Part shown: positions 30,450-39,974 of the stretch, piece by piece
Layout of the letters: each line of letters opens with the position of its first letter
How positions within the stretch are numbered: the stretch's first letter is position 1
From: an uncultured delta proteobacterium
Lineage (GTDB): Bacteria > Myxococcota_A > Polyangia > Fen-1088
Length of the DNA: 64,000 nucleotides
Direction: 5' to 3'
Assembly: GCA_963767925.1 (NCBI GenBank)
Contig: CAVYGB010000008.1
Coordinates: forward strand, 1,504,001-1,568,000
Translations under genes and position numbers: made by a program
The notes under the pieces: model-generated
Told to the model about the DNA's origin: nothing
The model's database searches: none
The model's input: only the letters and a program-made list of their open reading frames with translations

Positions 30450-31564
30450 GGCGCGGCCGCCCTCGCCCGGCGCGCCCGCCAGCGCGCCAGCAGGCGGGGA
30501 CCATGCCGCGTCCGCAGCACCGACAGCCCCCACATCGCCACGCACAACAGGACGAACGCGACTGCCGTCCCGGGCAGAGAGAACTTCTTCTGGATCGGCC
30601 GGCTGATAAACCCGTAACAGAGCTCGACGTGCACCCAGTAGATCAGGAGGGACGTTCGCCCCACTTGCCGCAGGGGCGTGACCTCCGGAGACGAGCGCCG
30701 CGTGATCAGCCAGCCCAGGCAGGACAGCAGGCCGATCACCCCCAGGCGGAAAAAGAACGAACCGGGCCCCATCTGCTGCACGAGCTCGGAGGGGTAGCGG
30801 ATGAGGTCGGGGGCCAGGGCGCGGACCAGCAGGACGCTGCCCACGAGGAGGACCCCGGCGGCACCGGTGGCCAAGAAGACCCGGGCCCGGCCGGCGGCAT
30901 CCCGCCCCCTCCTCAGCCAGCCGTGACCCACGACCAGCCCCAGCAGGGCCCAAGCGCCCCAGGGAAACAGCGGAAACCAGGACATCGGCCGCTGACCCCC
31001 GATGTACGCGCTGAGGGGGCGCGGGATCCATCCAGGCATGTGGGCAGGGCCCACCAGGGGCCCCAGCACGATGAGAACACCCGCCACCGCCAGCGGCAGC
31101 CAGATGCGCGGGCGGCCCGCCCGCGGCGCCCCGACGAGCGCCAGCAGCAGCAGCGACATGCCGATGCAGTTCAGGATGTCGACCCGGAAGACCTGGGTCC
31201 AGCCGCCCCAGAACCCGGCCAGGACGTGCTCCTGCAGCCGGAAGAGGTAAGCCAGCGCCAGCACCAGGAGCCCCCGGCGCGCGGCCGATCTCCGCATCTC
31301 GGCGCTGGACGTCCCGGCGGCGAGCTGGCGCTCGAGCACGATGGCCGACGAGACGCCCACCAGGAAGAGGAACAGGCGCGACGGGATCCCCGAGGCGTGG
31401 CGCACGAGGAACCAGCCGGGACCCTGCCGCTCGGCGGGGTCCATCCAGGCATCGAAGCTGTGGGCCAGGATCATGAGCACGACCGCCACGCCGCGTAGCC
31501 AGTCGATGACCACGATCCGGCCCGGGTTCTCGGCGGACGATGCGACGGAGGGAGAGGCTGTCAA
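30446..31564 (-). CDS. DUF1624/HGSNAT-family membrane acyltransferase
   Basis: DWLRGVAVVLMILAH, FLFLVGVS, DILNCIG, FPLFPW, GRTSLLIYWVH; multiple TM; start approximate. Confidence 0.8.
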   Translation of the reverse strand: MTASPSVASSAENPGRIVVIDWLRGVAVVLMILAHSFDAWMDPAERQGPGWFLVRHASGIPSRLFLFLVGVSSAIVLERQLAAGTSSAEMRRSAARRGLLVLALAYLFRLQEHVLAGFWGGWTQVFRVDILNCIGMSLLLLALVGAPRAGRPRIWLPLAVAGVLIVLGPLVGPAHMPGWIPRPLSAYIGGQRPMSWFPLFPWGAWALLGLVVGHGWLRRGRDAAGRARVFLATGAAGVLLVGSVLLVRALAPDLIRYPSELVQQMGPGSFFFRLGVIGLLSCLGWLITRRSSPEVTPLRQVGRTSLLIYWVHVELCYGFISRPIQKKFSLPGTAVAFVLLCVAMWGLSVLRTRHGPRLLARWRARRARAAAP

Positions 31565-31627
31565 CGGCCCGAGCCTACCAGAATTGGCTGGCGCACCCGC
31601 CCTGTCCGGCCAGAAGATGCCCTTCCC

Positions 31628-32488
31628 ATGGCGCCTCCCCCGATAGAGCTTGCCTACTCCGCGGACGCGGACGACGCCTTCATGTTCCACGCTCTGCGCA
31701 CCGCCGCGGTGGACCTGGGCGGCCTCAGCTTCGCGCACCGGCGCGGCGACACGGCGGCGCTGAACGCGCTGGCGGCGGCCGAGGGCGCCGACGTCGTGGC
31801 GGTCTCCCTGGCGGCCTACCCGAACATCGCCAACCGGTACCTGCTGCTGCCCCACGGCGCCTCGGTCGGCCGCGGCTACGGCCCCGTGCTCGTCGCCCGC
31901 CAGGCCCTGTCGAGCCTGGCCGAGCTCAAGGGCCGGCGGGTGGGAATCCCGGGGCTCGACACTACCGCCTACCTGGTGCTGCGGCTCATCGAGCCCGATC
32001 TGCAGCCGGTCGTGCTGCCGATCGCTCCGTTCGGGCGGGTCTTCGAGGCTCTCGATACCGGCGAGGTGGACGCCGCCCTCCTCATCCACGAGGGGCGGCT
32101 GCTCTATCAGGAGCGAGGGTACGTGCAGCTCGTCGAGCTGGGCGCGTGGTGGCTCGGCGAGACCGGGTTGCCGCTCCCCCTGGGGGTCAACGTCATCCGG
32201 CGGGGCCTTGGCGCGCCCGTCATCCGCGAGGTGTCGCGGATCCTGCGCGACGCGATCACCTGGGCCCTGGCCAACCGCGACGAGGTGATCGCCCTGCTGG
32301 TGCAGGAGCCACGGGGGGACGCGGGGCTGTCCCGGACCGAGCTGCTCGACCGGTATCTGGCGATGTACGCCAACGACGATACCGCGGCGATGGCCCCCGA
32401 CGTACGCCGGGCCATCGACGCCCTCTTCGAGCGCGCGCGCGCGGCCGGTCTGCTACCGGCGGGCGCGCCGGTCGAGTGGGCGCCCTAG
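31628..32488 (+). CDS. mqnD: 1,4-dihydroxy-6-naphthoate synthase (futalosine pathway)
   Basis: SADADDAFMF, GRGYGP, PGLDTTA, LLIHEG, LPLPLG, MYAN. Confidence 0.88.
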   Translation: MAPPPIELAYSADADDAFMFHALRTAAVDLGGLSFAHRRGDTAALNALAAAEGADVVAVSLAAYPNIANRYLLLPHGASVGRGYGPVLVARQALSSLAELKGRRVGIPGLDTTAYLVLRLIEPDLQPVVLPIAPFGRVFEALDTGEVDAALLIHEGRLLYQERGYVQLVELGAWWLGETGLPLPLGVNVIRRGLGAPVIREVSRILRDAITWALANRDEVIALLVQEPRGDAGLSRTELLDRYLAMYANDDTAAMAPDVRRAIDALFERARAAGLLPAGAPVEWAP

Positions 32489-33100
32489 ATATTCCAGGAG
32501 CACGGCGCAGGCCCGGGCCGCCGCCTCGGCGCCGTGAGCGGCCCACTCGGCGTGTGCCCGGGGGCCCACCTGGTTGGCGATGCCCAGGACGGCCGCGAAC
32601 GGCACCCCCGCCTCGGCGGCGGCGCGCGCCACCGCGAAGGCCTCCAGGTTCTCGACCGCGGCCCCGGTCTCGCCCGCCACCTCGGCGGCAGCAGCCGCGC
32701 TGCGGGTGATGGCGGGCGGGCAGGCCACGTCGACCTGCAGGACACTGGCAGCGGCCGCCAGCCCGCTGCGCAGCTTCCGGTCGCACGAGGCCGCCAGGGG
32801 CATCGGTCCCGGGAAATAGACGAGCCCCCGGGTCGTACCCACCGAGGCAAAGCGGATGTTGCGGGCCACGACCGCCGCGCCGATCGCCGGGCGGGGACCG
32901 CTCCCCCGATAGACGCCCGCGGTGCCGAGCAGGATGAGGGCGCGCGGCTGCAGGTCGGCGAGGGCGCGGGCCGTGCCGAGGGCCGCCTCGACCGGACCGA
33001 CTCCCACCACCGCCCGCTCGACCGATCGATCCCCGGGGGGGCGCCGGCTCCGGGTCAGCGCGCGCAGCTCCGGGCGCCAGGCCGCGACGACGAGGATCAC
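32453..33100 (-). CDS. mqnB: Futalosine hydrolase-like nucleoside phosphorylase family protein
   Basis: GVGPVEAA, GTAGVY, ENLEAFA, GIANQVG; adjacent to mqnD. Confidence 0.7.
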   Translation of the reverse strand: MILVVAAWRPELRALTRSRRPPGDRSVERAVVGVGPVEAALGTARALADLQPRALILLGTAGVYRGSGPRPAIGAAVVARNIRFASVGTTRGLVYFPGPMPLAASCDRKLRSGLAAAASVLQVDVACPPAITRSAAAAAEVAGETGAAVENLEAFAVARAAAEAGVPFAAVLGIANQVGPRAHAEWAAHGAEAAARACAVLLEYLGRPLDRRARR

Positions 33101-33110
33101 CGGGCGCGCT

Positions 33111-34175
33111 TCAGTAGCCGAGCTGCACCTGGCGCTGCTTGCCGTATTTGTCGGGCACCGCCGCCGGCCCGCGCCGGTCGCCGCCGACCCGCACACTGAC
33201 ACCGCGCAGGCCCTCCACCCCGACGGAGACCCGCTGGCGAACGGTCTTGGACGACCCCTCGTGCCAGGTCTCCATGTCGTAGTCGCCGGGTGGTACGCCG
33301 CGGATCGTGAAAACGCCGGCCGCGTCGGCCTGCCCGTACCAGGGGCTGTCCACAACCACGACGTAGGCCAGCATCGAGGCGTGGATGTTGCACAGGATCT
33401 GGACCGGCCCGGGCTTGGCGAAGGTCTTGCTGAAGGACTGACCGGCCTTGTAGAGCCCGCTGTCGAAGTCGTTGGGACGCGACAGCGAGAAGACGTTGTG
33501 GAAGATGGGGTCCTGGTTGGCGAAGTTGACCGTCGAGCCAACCGTCACGGGGAGCACCCGGGGGACGAAGGTCTTGTTGAGCTGGTTGATGCTCTTGCCC
33601 CGAATGGGGGCCGGGCGCGGGGTGTTCCCGTCTGCGCGCTTCAGCCAGACCACCGCGCCACCCGGGCCGAGGATGCCACTCGCCCCGACCTGCCCACTGA
33701 CGTTCACCAGCGGCTGCACCGGATCGGCCGCGGGGGCCGCCGCGGCGGTGGCCGCCTGGGCGACCGGACCGGGCGGAGGGACCGCCGGCGGGGTCCCCGC
33801 GGCCGCGGGCTTGCCCGCGCGCGCCCGGGCCTCGACGGCCAGCGGGCGGATCACGCGATCGAGATCGGCGTCGATGCCCGGTACGCGCAGCAGCGCCTCC
33901 CACTTGGCGGCAGCGGTGGAAAAATCACCCGCGTCCCAGGCGATCTTTCCTCGCGCCAGCAGGTTGAAGACCAGGTATTGCCGCTCGGCGACCGCCTTGA
34001 GCGCGAGATCTTGCGGGGTCTTGACCGAGAGGGGCAGGGGCAGCTCCTCTCCCAGCCAGGCCGGTGCGGGATCCGGCCGGGCCGCTGGCTCTTGCCCGAG
34101 CGCCTGGCCGGAAGCCTCATCCGACAGGGACAGAAAGACCCAGAGAGTTACCCACCCCAATCGCGATCGGTTCAT
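33111..34175 (-). CDS. Secreted protein: helical N-domain + cupredoxin-like/carboxypeptidase-regulatory-like domain
   Basis: Signal peptide; QLNKTFVPRV, DPIFHNVFS, CNIHASM, VPPGDY..WHE. Confidence 0.78.
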   Translation of the reverse strand: MNRSRLGWVTLWVFLSLSDEASGQALGQEPAARPDPAPAWLGEELPLPLSVKTPQDLALKAVAERQYLVFNLLARGKIAWDAGDFSTAAAKWEALLRVPGIDADLDRVIRPLAVEARARAGKPAAAGTPPAVPPPGPVAQAATAAAAPAADPVQPLVNVSGQVGASGILGPGGAVVWLKRADGNTPRPAPIRGKSINQLNKTFVPRVLPVTVGSTVNFANQDPIFHNVFSLSRPNDFDSGLYKAGQSFSKTFAKPGPVQILCNIHASMLAYVVVVDSPWYGQADAAGVFTIRGVPPGDYDMETWHEGSSKTVRQRVSVGVEGLRGVSVRVGGDRRGPAAVPDKYGKQRQVQLGY

Positions 34176-34241
34176 GCGAGCTCGTCTCCTGGTTTACCTC
34201 ATCTCCGAACCTGGATCGCCGCTAGTCGACTGCGCACCGCC

Positions 34242-35543
34242 TCAAAACGTCCAGATCAGGGACATCGTTCGCACGTCGTTGTCCACGTCCGGCGCACCCA
34301 GCCGTTCGCGGTTGAGGAGGACCTCGCCCTTGAGGACCACGGAATCGCCGAGGTCGAGGCGCAGCCCGACGGTCAGCCGGCGCACCTCGAGCGGCGAGAA
34401 CCCCCGGAACCGAGCTTGCCGCTGCTCGAGGCGGGCGTGACCGGTCACCCGACGGACGATCTCGCCCGAAAAAGGAGGGACATAGGCCAGCTGGGCCCAG
34501 AACCCCTCGGCCTCGAAGGCGGAGGCGATGAACTGCCGGCCCGCGCCGGTGAGCTTGTCGACGGCGCTACCGGGATCCTGTCCGAGGTCGAGGATCTCCC
34601 CGCTGAGGCTCAAGCCGAACAGGGACAGGCGCAGGTCGCCCACCAGCATGCGCTGCCGGGCCCGGAGATCGCCCTGGTCGTTGCGCGGCCCGCGCAGGGC
34701 GCTCAGGCCGACCTTGGCCTGGAAGCCGGGCAGGTTCAGCTCGTAGCCCAGCCGCCCGCTCCACACCGGTCGACCGGTCAGGCTCACCTCGCTGGCGAGC
34801 AGGACTTCGTTGAAGGGGGCGCTGTTGGTGGCGGCCAGGTTGAGGCTCAGCGCCGACCAGAGGGCGGGGATCTGGAAACGGTAAAACAGCTTGGCGCCGA
34901 GGTACGAGCCGCTGGTGTAGCGGGCGAACAGGGAGGGGGTGACGCCGGTGCGCTGGGGCGCCTCCTTGTCGAGGTATTCGATGCCGACCACCGAGTCGAA
35001 CTTGCCCGCGAGCAGGAACAGCTCCTGCGAGGCGAGGGGCGACAGCCGGCCGTAAGCCTGCTCGAGGGCGACGCGCACGGCGCTGCCCCGATCGTCGAGG
35101 CGGGGCAGGAGCTGCACCCGGGCGAAGAGCAGCAAGGTGCCGGTGGGCGGCCCGTGCCGGAGGTCCAGGCTGGCGGTGTTGAGCAGGAAGGAGGGGCGAC
35201 CGCCGATCCCCGCCGAGCGGGGCAGGAACCCGTTGGTGAAGCGCCCCCCGGTCTCGATGGAGGCCACGTCGCCCCGGGCGTTCACCGCCGGGGCGAAGGC
35301 ATCGACCGCGTAGTCGGCGGGGAGGCGCCAGTCGTCGGGATGGAAGCTGGTGCCGTTCCCCTCGGCGTCGGCGAAGCCGAGGTCGAGGTAGCCCGACAGC
35401 TCGATCGCGGGCGGCGGCGCGCTGGGCGTGAACCCGGAGAGGTCCTCGTTGGGGGAGACCAGCGGGTCCTGAGCCGCCCGGGCGGAGCCCGTCCCCAGCC
35501 AGACGGCGAGGGCGGCGACTCCGATCCGGGACAGCGCGGCCAC
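34242..35543 (-). CDS. Putative outer-membrane beta-barrel (porin-like)
   Basis: Signal peptide; LSGYLD, LEQAY, AGKFDS..GIEY, amphipathic strands, terminal WTF. Confidence 0.7.
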   Translation of the reverse strand: MAALSRIGVAALAVWLGTGSARAAQDPLVSPNEDLSGFTPSAPPPAIELSGYLDLGFADAEGNGTSFHPDDWRLPADYAVDAFAPAVNARGDVASIETGGRFTNGFLPRSAGIGGRPSFLLNTASLDLRHGPPTGTLLLFARVQLLPRLDDRGSAVRVALEQAYGRLSPLASQELFLLAGKFDSVVGIEYLDKEAPQRTGVTPSLFARYTSGSYLGAKLFYRFQIPALWSALSLNLAATNSAPFNEVLLASEVSLTGRPVWSGRLGYELNLPGFQAKVGLSALRGPRNDQGDLRARQRMLVGDLRLSLFGLSLSGEILDLGQDPGSAVDKLTGAGRQFIASAFEAEGFWAQLAYVPPFSGEIVRRVTGHARLEQRQARFRGFSPLEVRRLTVGLRLDLGDSVVLKGEVLLNRERLGAPDVDNDVRTMSLIWTF

Positions 35544-35547
35544 GGCG

Positions 35548-36777
35548 TCAGGGCCTCGAGACCGGGACGGCGGTGCCGCCGAACGAGAGGTACGGGCAGG
35601 CCACCAGGATCTCGCTCGGATAGAGCACGTGCCCGAGGTGGCGCTCGATGGCGGCCTGCGAGTCCAGCCAGGGGCAGCGGGCCAGATCGGTCGCGGCGAG
35701 CGCCGCCGGCAAGCAGGTCTCGTCGAGCAAGACCTTGAAGGCGTGCTCGTCGAGCTCGGCGGCGGTGGCGACCAGCCCGGCGGGAGGCTCGACGGTCGGT
35801 GGACCCAGGCCCGCACCGCCGTTACGGGTCTCCCACTCGGCGCGGCGCTCGCGGGGCACGAACACGCGGGCGCTGGGCGGCAGGTGGACGGCGTGGAGCC
35901 GCCAGAGCGATCCGAACATCGGGCGATTTCCCGGGGCCAGGGGGACCCGGCCCGCGAACAGGGGCCCGGTGCCGCCCACCCGGGGGATTGTCGTGTGCGG
36001 CGCCCACTGCCCGGCGGCGTCGCGGCCGAAGAAGAAGAACAGCGGCTGCTCGATGACCTCGTCGCGCTCGTTGTATTCGAACCGGCTCGCTCCGAAGTCG
36101 AGGGCGAAGACCTCGGTGCCGTCGCGGTCCAGCCACCCGCTGCGGAGCTGGGGGCGGCCGATCCAATCGGGCGGGCGCAGCTTCGGCAGGAGAAAGCGGG
36201 TCGTCTCCTCGGGCCCCATCTCGGGACCCGGGAGCAGGGTGGCCAGCCGGGTGGGACCGGGGTGAAGGGGCAGCCGGGCGTCGAGGATCGCCCGCACCGA
36301 CCGGTACCGGTCGGGCGGGGTTTCGGCCGGAACCTGCACGTAGGTGACCCGGTGAAAGGGGCTCCAGAAGGGGCTCTCGGACCCGACGCTGAACACCCAG
36401 GGCAGGTCCAGCAGGTGCGCCTCGGGCGCCTCGGCGTTCCAGTCCGAGACGAACAGATAGAGGGGTTGCACCCAGATCACCGGGAAGTTCACCCAGACGT
36501 CGGTGGTCATGTAGGCGGTCTGCTCGCCCTGGGTGTAGGCCGGCGCCACCCGGATCTGGGTGGGCGAGGCGAGGAAGTAGGACGGAGGGAACCCCCCGGT
36601 GAACACCCGCGAGAGCCCGACGCCGAACGGCTGGTCGGAGTCGGCCTGGTAGGCGGCCTGCAAGCTGGACAGGGTCACCACCGCGGCGGACGGCCGGTCG
36701 GACGGCGGGACCTGGCAGGCCGATAGCAGCGCCGCCAGCAGGACCCCGGCGCTCGCGGTCGAGGCGGGGCGGCTCAT
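35548..36777 (-). CDS. Uncharacterised lipoprotein
   Basis: Lipobox LSAC; internal repeat (FWSPFHRV / FGSLWRL); ATG overlaps kinase stop. Confidence 0.75.
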   Translation of the reverse strand: MSRPASTASAGVLLAALLSACQVPPSDRPSAAVVTLSSLQAAYQADSDQPFGVGLSRVFTGGFPPSYFLASPTQIRVAPAYTQGEQTAYMTTDVWVNFPVIWVQPLYLFVSDWNAEAPEAHLLDLPWVFSVGSESPFWSPFHRVTYVQVPAETPPDRYRSVRAILDARLPLHPGPTRLATLLPGPEMGPEETTRFLLPKLRPPDWIGRPQLRSGWLDRDGTEVFALDFGASRFEYNERDEVIEQPLFFFFGRDAAGQWAPHTTIPRVGGTGPLFAGRVPLAPGNRPMFGSLWRLHAVHLPPSARVFVPRERRAEWETRNGGAGLGPPTVEPPAGLVATAAELDEHAFKVLLDETCLPAALAATDLARCPWLDSQAAIERHLGHVLYPSEILVACPYLSFGGTAVPVSRP

Positions 36778-38852
36778 GACGAGGGACGGAGGTTCGAGCG
36801 CGGCTCGACGGGAGCCGCCACCTGCGAAGCGGTGATGGATCCGCCGGAGAACCGGGCCTCCTCGCGGCGGAGGTCGTCGGCGAAGAGGCGGTTCATGATC
36901 TCGGTCATCGCGATGGACCCCCGACCGACGTGCGGCGCCACCGCCGCCTGGAACTCGCCGGCCGACTGGTAACGCGCGCCGGGGTCGACCTGCAGCGCGC
37001 GTTCGAGGATGGCGCCGGCCGGCTCGGGCAAGGCCCGCACCCGCGCCAGGTCGTCCGGGCTGGGGCCGGTGGCAGCGTGGAGCAGGACCTCGTAGCTGCT
37101 GGTGCCCCGGTAGAGCGGCTCGCCGGCCAGGCAATAGAAGAGCACCAGCCCCATCGAGTAGAGGTCGGCCCGGGCGTCGACCTCCTGGCCGCGCGCCTGC
37201 TCGGGAGACATGAAGACGACGTTGCCCTTGACCACCCCGTGCTGGGTGCGGGTCACCCGGCCCTCCGCCTTGACGATTCCGAAGTCGAAGAGCTTGATCT
37301 CACCACGGGCCGAGACAAGGACGTTGTTGGGAGAGACGTCGCGGTGGACGATGCCGAGCGGCCGCCCGCCGCTCCCGGTCTTCGTGTGGGCGTACTCCAG
37401 GGCCTGGAGGGTCTCGTGAGCGGCGTACAGCGCGGCTGGCAGAGGCAAGCCCCCGCCGGCCATCTCCCGGTGCCGCGTTGTCACCCGGTCGAGGTCGCGG
37501 CCGAGGATGTATTCGGTGGCCAGGAAATATTCGTCGTCCACCTTGCCGAAATCGAGCACCGGCACGACGTTCGAGTGCACCAGGCTGGAGGCCATGTTCG
37601 CCTCGTCGATGAACTGCGCCACCACGGTCGGCTCCTTGAGCAGCTCTGGCCTCAGCCGCTTGATGACGAAGCGGCGGCGGAAGCCCTCGGCGCCGAAGAT
37701 GACCGCCGTGTAGACCTGGGCCATGCCCCCTTCCCCGAGCCGATCGAGCAGCATGTAGCGGCCGAAGGGCTGTTGCAGCGGGCCCTGGCCGGCGGCGGCC
37801 GGCGCCGGCGGGAGGGGCGTGAGGCCCACGCTAACCTCGGCCGGGGCGGGCTCGGGCTCCGGCTCCACGGACGCGGGGCGAACCGGCGCTGCCCTGGCGG
37901 GTCGACCCTCCCGGGTCACGGCGGCGTTGCTCCCGGCGCCGCCGCCGGTGCTGGCCTCCGCGAAGGCGGGGCTGCCGCCGCGCAGCCCGATGAACAGGGC
38001 CAGCAAGGCGATCAGCCCGCCCGCCGCCCAGATGATCGTCTGGGTGGTCCGGACCGAGGCGGCCGCCTGCGAGGCGGTCGCGCTGGCGTCGAACGTGACC
38101 CACAGCCGGTAGGCTCCCGTGACCGGGACGGCGGTGGCGGCCCAGGTGCCGTCTTCGGCGACGTGGGTGGTCGGATGCCCCCCCTGGGCGGCCTGCAGCA
38201 GGCGGACCTGATCGGCTCCCCGGGCCGAGCGGGCCAGCTCTCGCCCCCCCTCGGCCAGCAGGACGCTGCCGCCCGCCTGCTCCGCGATCTCGACGAGGGC
38301 CCGGCCATCGAGCGCCTTGGCCAGCACCAGCACGGCGGGCGTCTGCCGGTTGGGAACGGCGACCCGGGCGGCAGCCGCCGCCAGTGGGCTCCCCGCCGAT
38401 AGCCAGCCCGAGGAGACGCCATTTCCTCGTGCGGCCGCGACCAGGCGGTCCGCCCCGAGCTGACCGGGATCGGCCCCTTCGATCAGGCCGAGGTGCGCCT
38501 CGTCGGCCGAGACCGCGTAGACCCGGAACTCGTTGCGAAAGGGCTCCCACTCCGGCTCGCCCCGGAACCAGTCGGCCAGGGTGGCCTGCAGCTCCCCCTC
38601 GAGGCGGTGGTTGCGCAGGAGCGCGAGCTGGGCCCGGAGCTGCGGCAGCGCCGCCGCCGCCAGGGCCCGGGACTCCTGGCGCTGCAGATAAGCCCGCAGC
38701 GCTTCACTGGCCCGCAGCCGCACCGGCGTGCTCGCGGCTTCCGCGGCGTCGCGCGCCTCCTGCCGGGCGCTCTCCTGTACGCGGGGGGGCGAGGCCGCGG
38801 CGCCGACCAGCGCCGCGACCGCGATGAGCACGCTGACGACTCTACGCATCAC
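36774..38852 (-). CDS. Membrane Ser/Thr protein kinase with periplasmic sensor domain
   Basis: Signal/TM, extracytoplasmic domain, second TM; LGEGGMAQV, VIKR, HRDVSPNN, DFG, MSPEQ. Confidence 0.93.
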   Translation of the reverse strand: MMRRVVSVLIAVAALVGAAASPPRVQESARQEARDAAEAASTPVRLRASEALRAYLQRQESRALAAAALPQLRAQLALLRNHRLEGELQATLADWFRGEPEWEPFRNEFRVYAVSADEAHLGLIEGADPGQLGADRLVAAARGNGVSSGWLSAGSPLAAAAARVAVPNRQTPAVLVLAKALDGRALVEIAEQAGGSVLLAEGGRELARSARGADQVRLLQAAQGGHPTTHVAEDGTWAATAVPVTGAYRLWVTFDASATASQAAASVRTTQTIIWAAGGLIALLALFIGLRGGSPAFAEASTGGGAGSNAAVTREGRPARAAPVRPASVEPEPEPAPAEVSVGLTPLPPAPAAAGQGPLQQPFGRYMLLDRLGEGGMAQVYTAVIFGAEGFRRRFVIKRLRPELLKEPTVVAQFIDEANMASSLVHSNVVPVLDFGKVDDEYFLATEYILGRDLDRVTTRHREMAGGGLPLPAALYAAHETLQALEYAHTKTGSGGRPLGIVHRDVSPNNVLVSARGEIKLFDFGIVKAEGRVTRTQHGVVKGNVVFMSPEQARGQEVDARADLYSMGLVLFYCLAGEPLYRGTSSYEVLLHAATGPSPDDLARVRALPEPAGAILERALQVDPGARYQSAGEFQAAVAPHVGRGSIAMTEIMNRLFADDLRREEARFSGGSITASQVAAPVEPRSNLRPSS

Positions 38853-38915
38853 GCGGCGACATCCTTCCCCCGTCCCACCGGTACGTCAACCGGTGGGATC
38901 TGGATCGGGGGGCGC

Positions 38916-39974
38916 CTACTTTTTCGCGACCAAGGTCTCGCCTTCGGTCAGCAGGGCGTTGTTGTCGCTGGCGACCCTGTACCAGCCCAGGGAGTGCTCG
39001 CTGCGCACGAGCACCTCGGGCGTGAGCGCCGGCGGGGGCGGCGCGTTGCCCGACGCCGGCGTCGGCAGGATCGGCACCTTGGTCCGGGCCAGCTCGGCCC
39101 AGCCGATCGGCCGGCCACGCGAGAAGTATTCGAGCCTGAGGTGGACGGTCGGCGCGCCGGAGGCGGGGTTCTCCCCCTTGCCGAGCACCTCGGTGGGGAA
39201 CAGCCCGAAGATCCGATCGTGCCAGTTCTTCAAGGTCGTGTCCGGCTTGTCGGGAGCCTCGGCCGGAGCCAGCCGGATACCCGGGAACTGGTCGATGCGG
39301 CTGCCGATGAACTCGCGCTTCTTGGTCCCCGCGATGATCACCACCCGGTCGACCTCCTCGATGCGGAAATTGTGCAGCCGGCGCTCCACCAAATTGGTGG
39401 TGGCCGCTTGCAGGTCGGTGAGGATCGGGCGATCGATGACGTACACCCGGTTGTCCTGAACGTCCCGCAGGTAGGGGTCGCTGCCACCGGGCGGGGCGGG
39501 CACGATCGCGAACCGGCGCTTGCCCGCCCGGGTCGTGACCTCGAGGAACCTCTTCGTCGTGTCGAGCCCCAGCTCCTTGGCCTTGCTGGCCTCGAGCACG
39601 CCGAGCGCCCGCTTGCCCCGCAAGGGAGCGAACTTGTCGAACAGCCGCTGGGCGGTCTCGCTGCCGCGGATGAGCCGCTCGGGCATCTTGAGCTGGACCC
39701 CCGGGTGTCCGGCCGGCATGCTGGCGCCCGTGTTGTCGTAGCCGCTCAGGCGGACGGTCACGAAGGGGCCGGCGCTGTCCCGGTCCTTGACCAGCTCGAC
39801 CCAGGTCTTGGCCTCCTGATCCTCGAACCGGATGCGCTGGAGGTCGTTCTTGGTGGCGTCGAGCACGAACACCTCGCCCGAGGTGAGCTCCGGCTCGCGC
39901 TGCCAGGTCGCGTAGGCGAACAGCAGGGCGAGGGCGGCGAGGGCGCCCTGGATGATGACGCTGCGGCTGCTCAT
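38916..39974 (-). CDS. DUF4340-like accessory protein of a Gld-type ABC system
   Basis: N-terminal TM, ELGLD, YLR...VYVI pattern; position after GldG-like gene. Confidence 0.7.
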   Translation of the reverse strand: MSSRSVIIQGALAALALLFAYATWQREPELTSGEVFVLDATKNDLQRIRFEDQEAKTWVELVKDRDSAGPFVTVRLSGYDNTGASMPAGHPGVQLKMPERLIRGSETAQRLFDKFAPLRGKRALGVLEASKAKELGLDTTKRFLEVTTRAGKRRFAIVPAPPGGSDPYLRDVQDNRVYVIDRPILTDLQAATTNLVERRLHNFRIEEVDRVVIIAGTKKREFIGSRIDQFPGIRLAPAEAPDKPDTTLKNWHDRIFGLFPTEVLGKGENPASGAPTVHLRLEYFSRGRPIGWAELARTKVPILPTPASGNAPPPPALTPEVLVRSEHSLGWYRVASDNNALLTEGETLVAKK

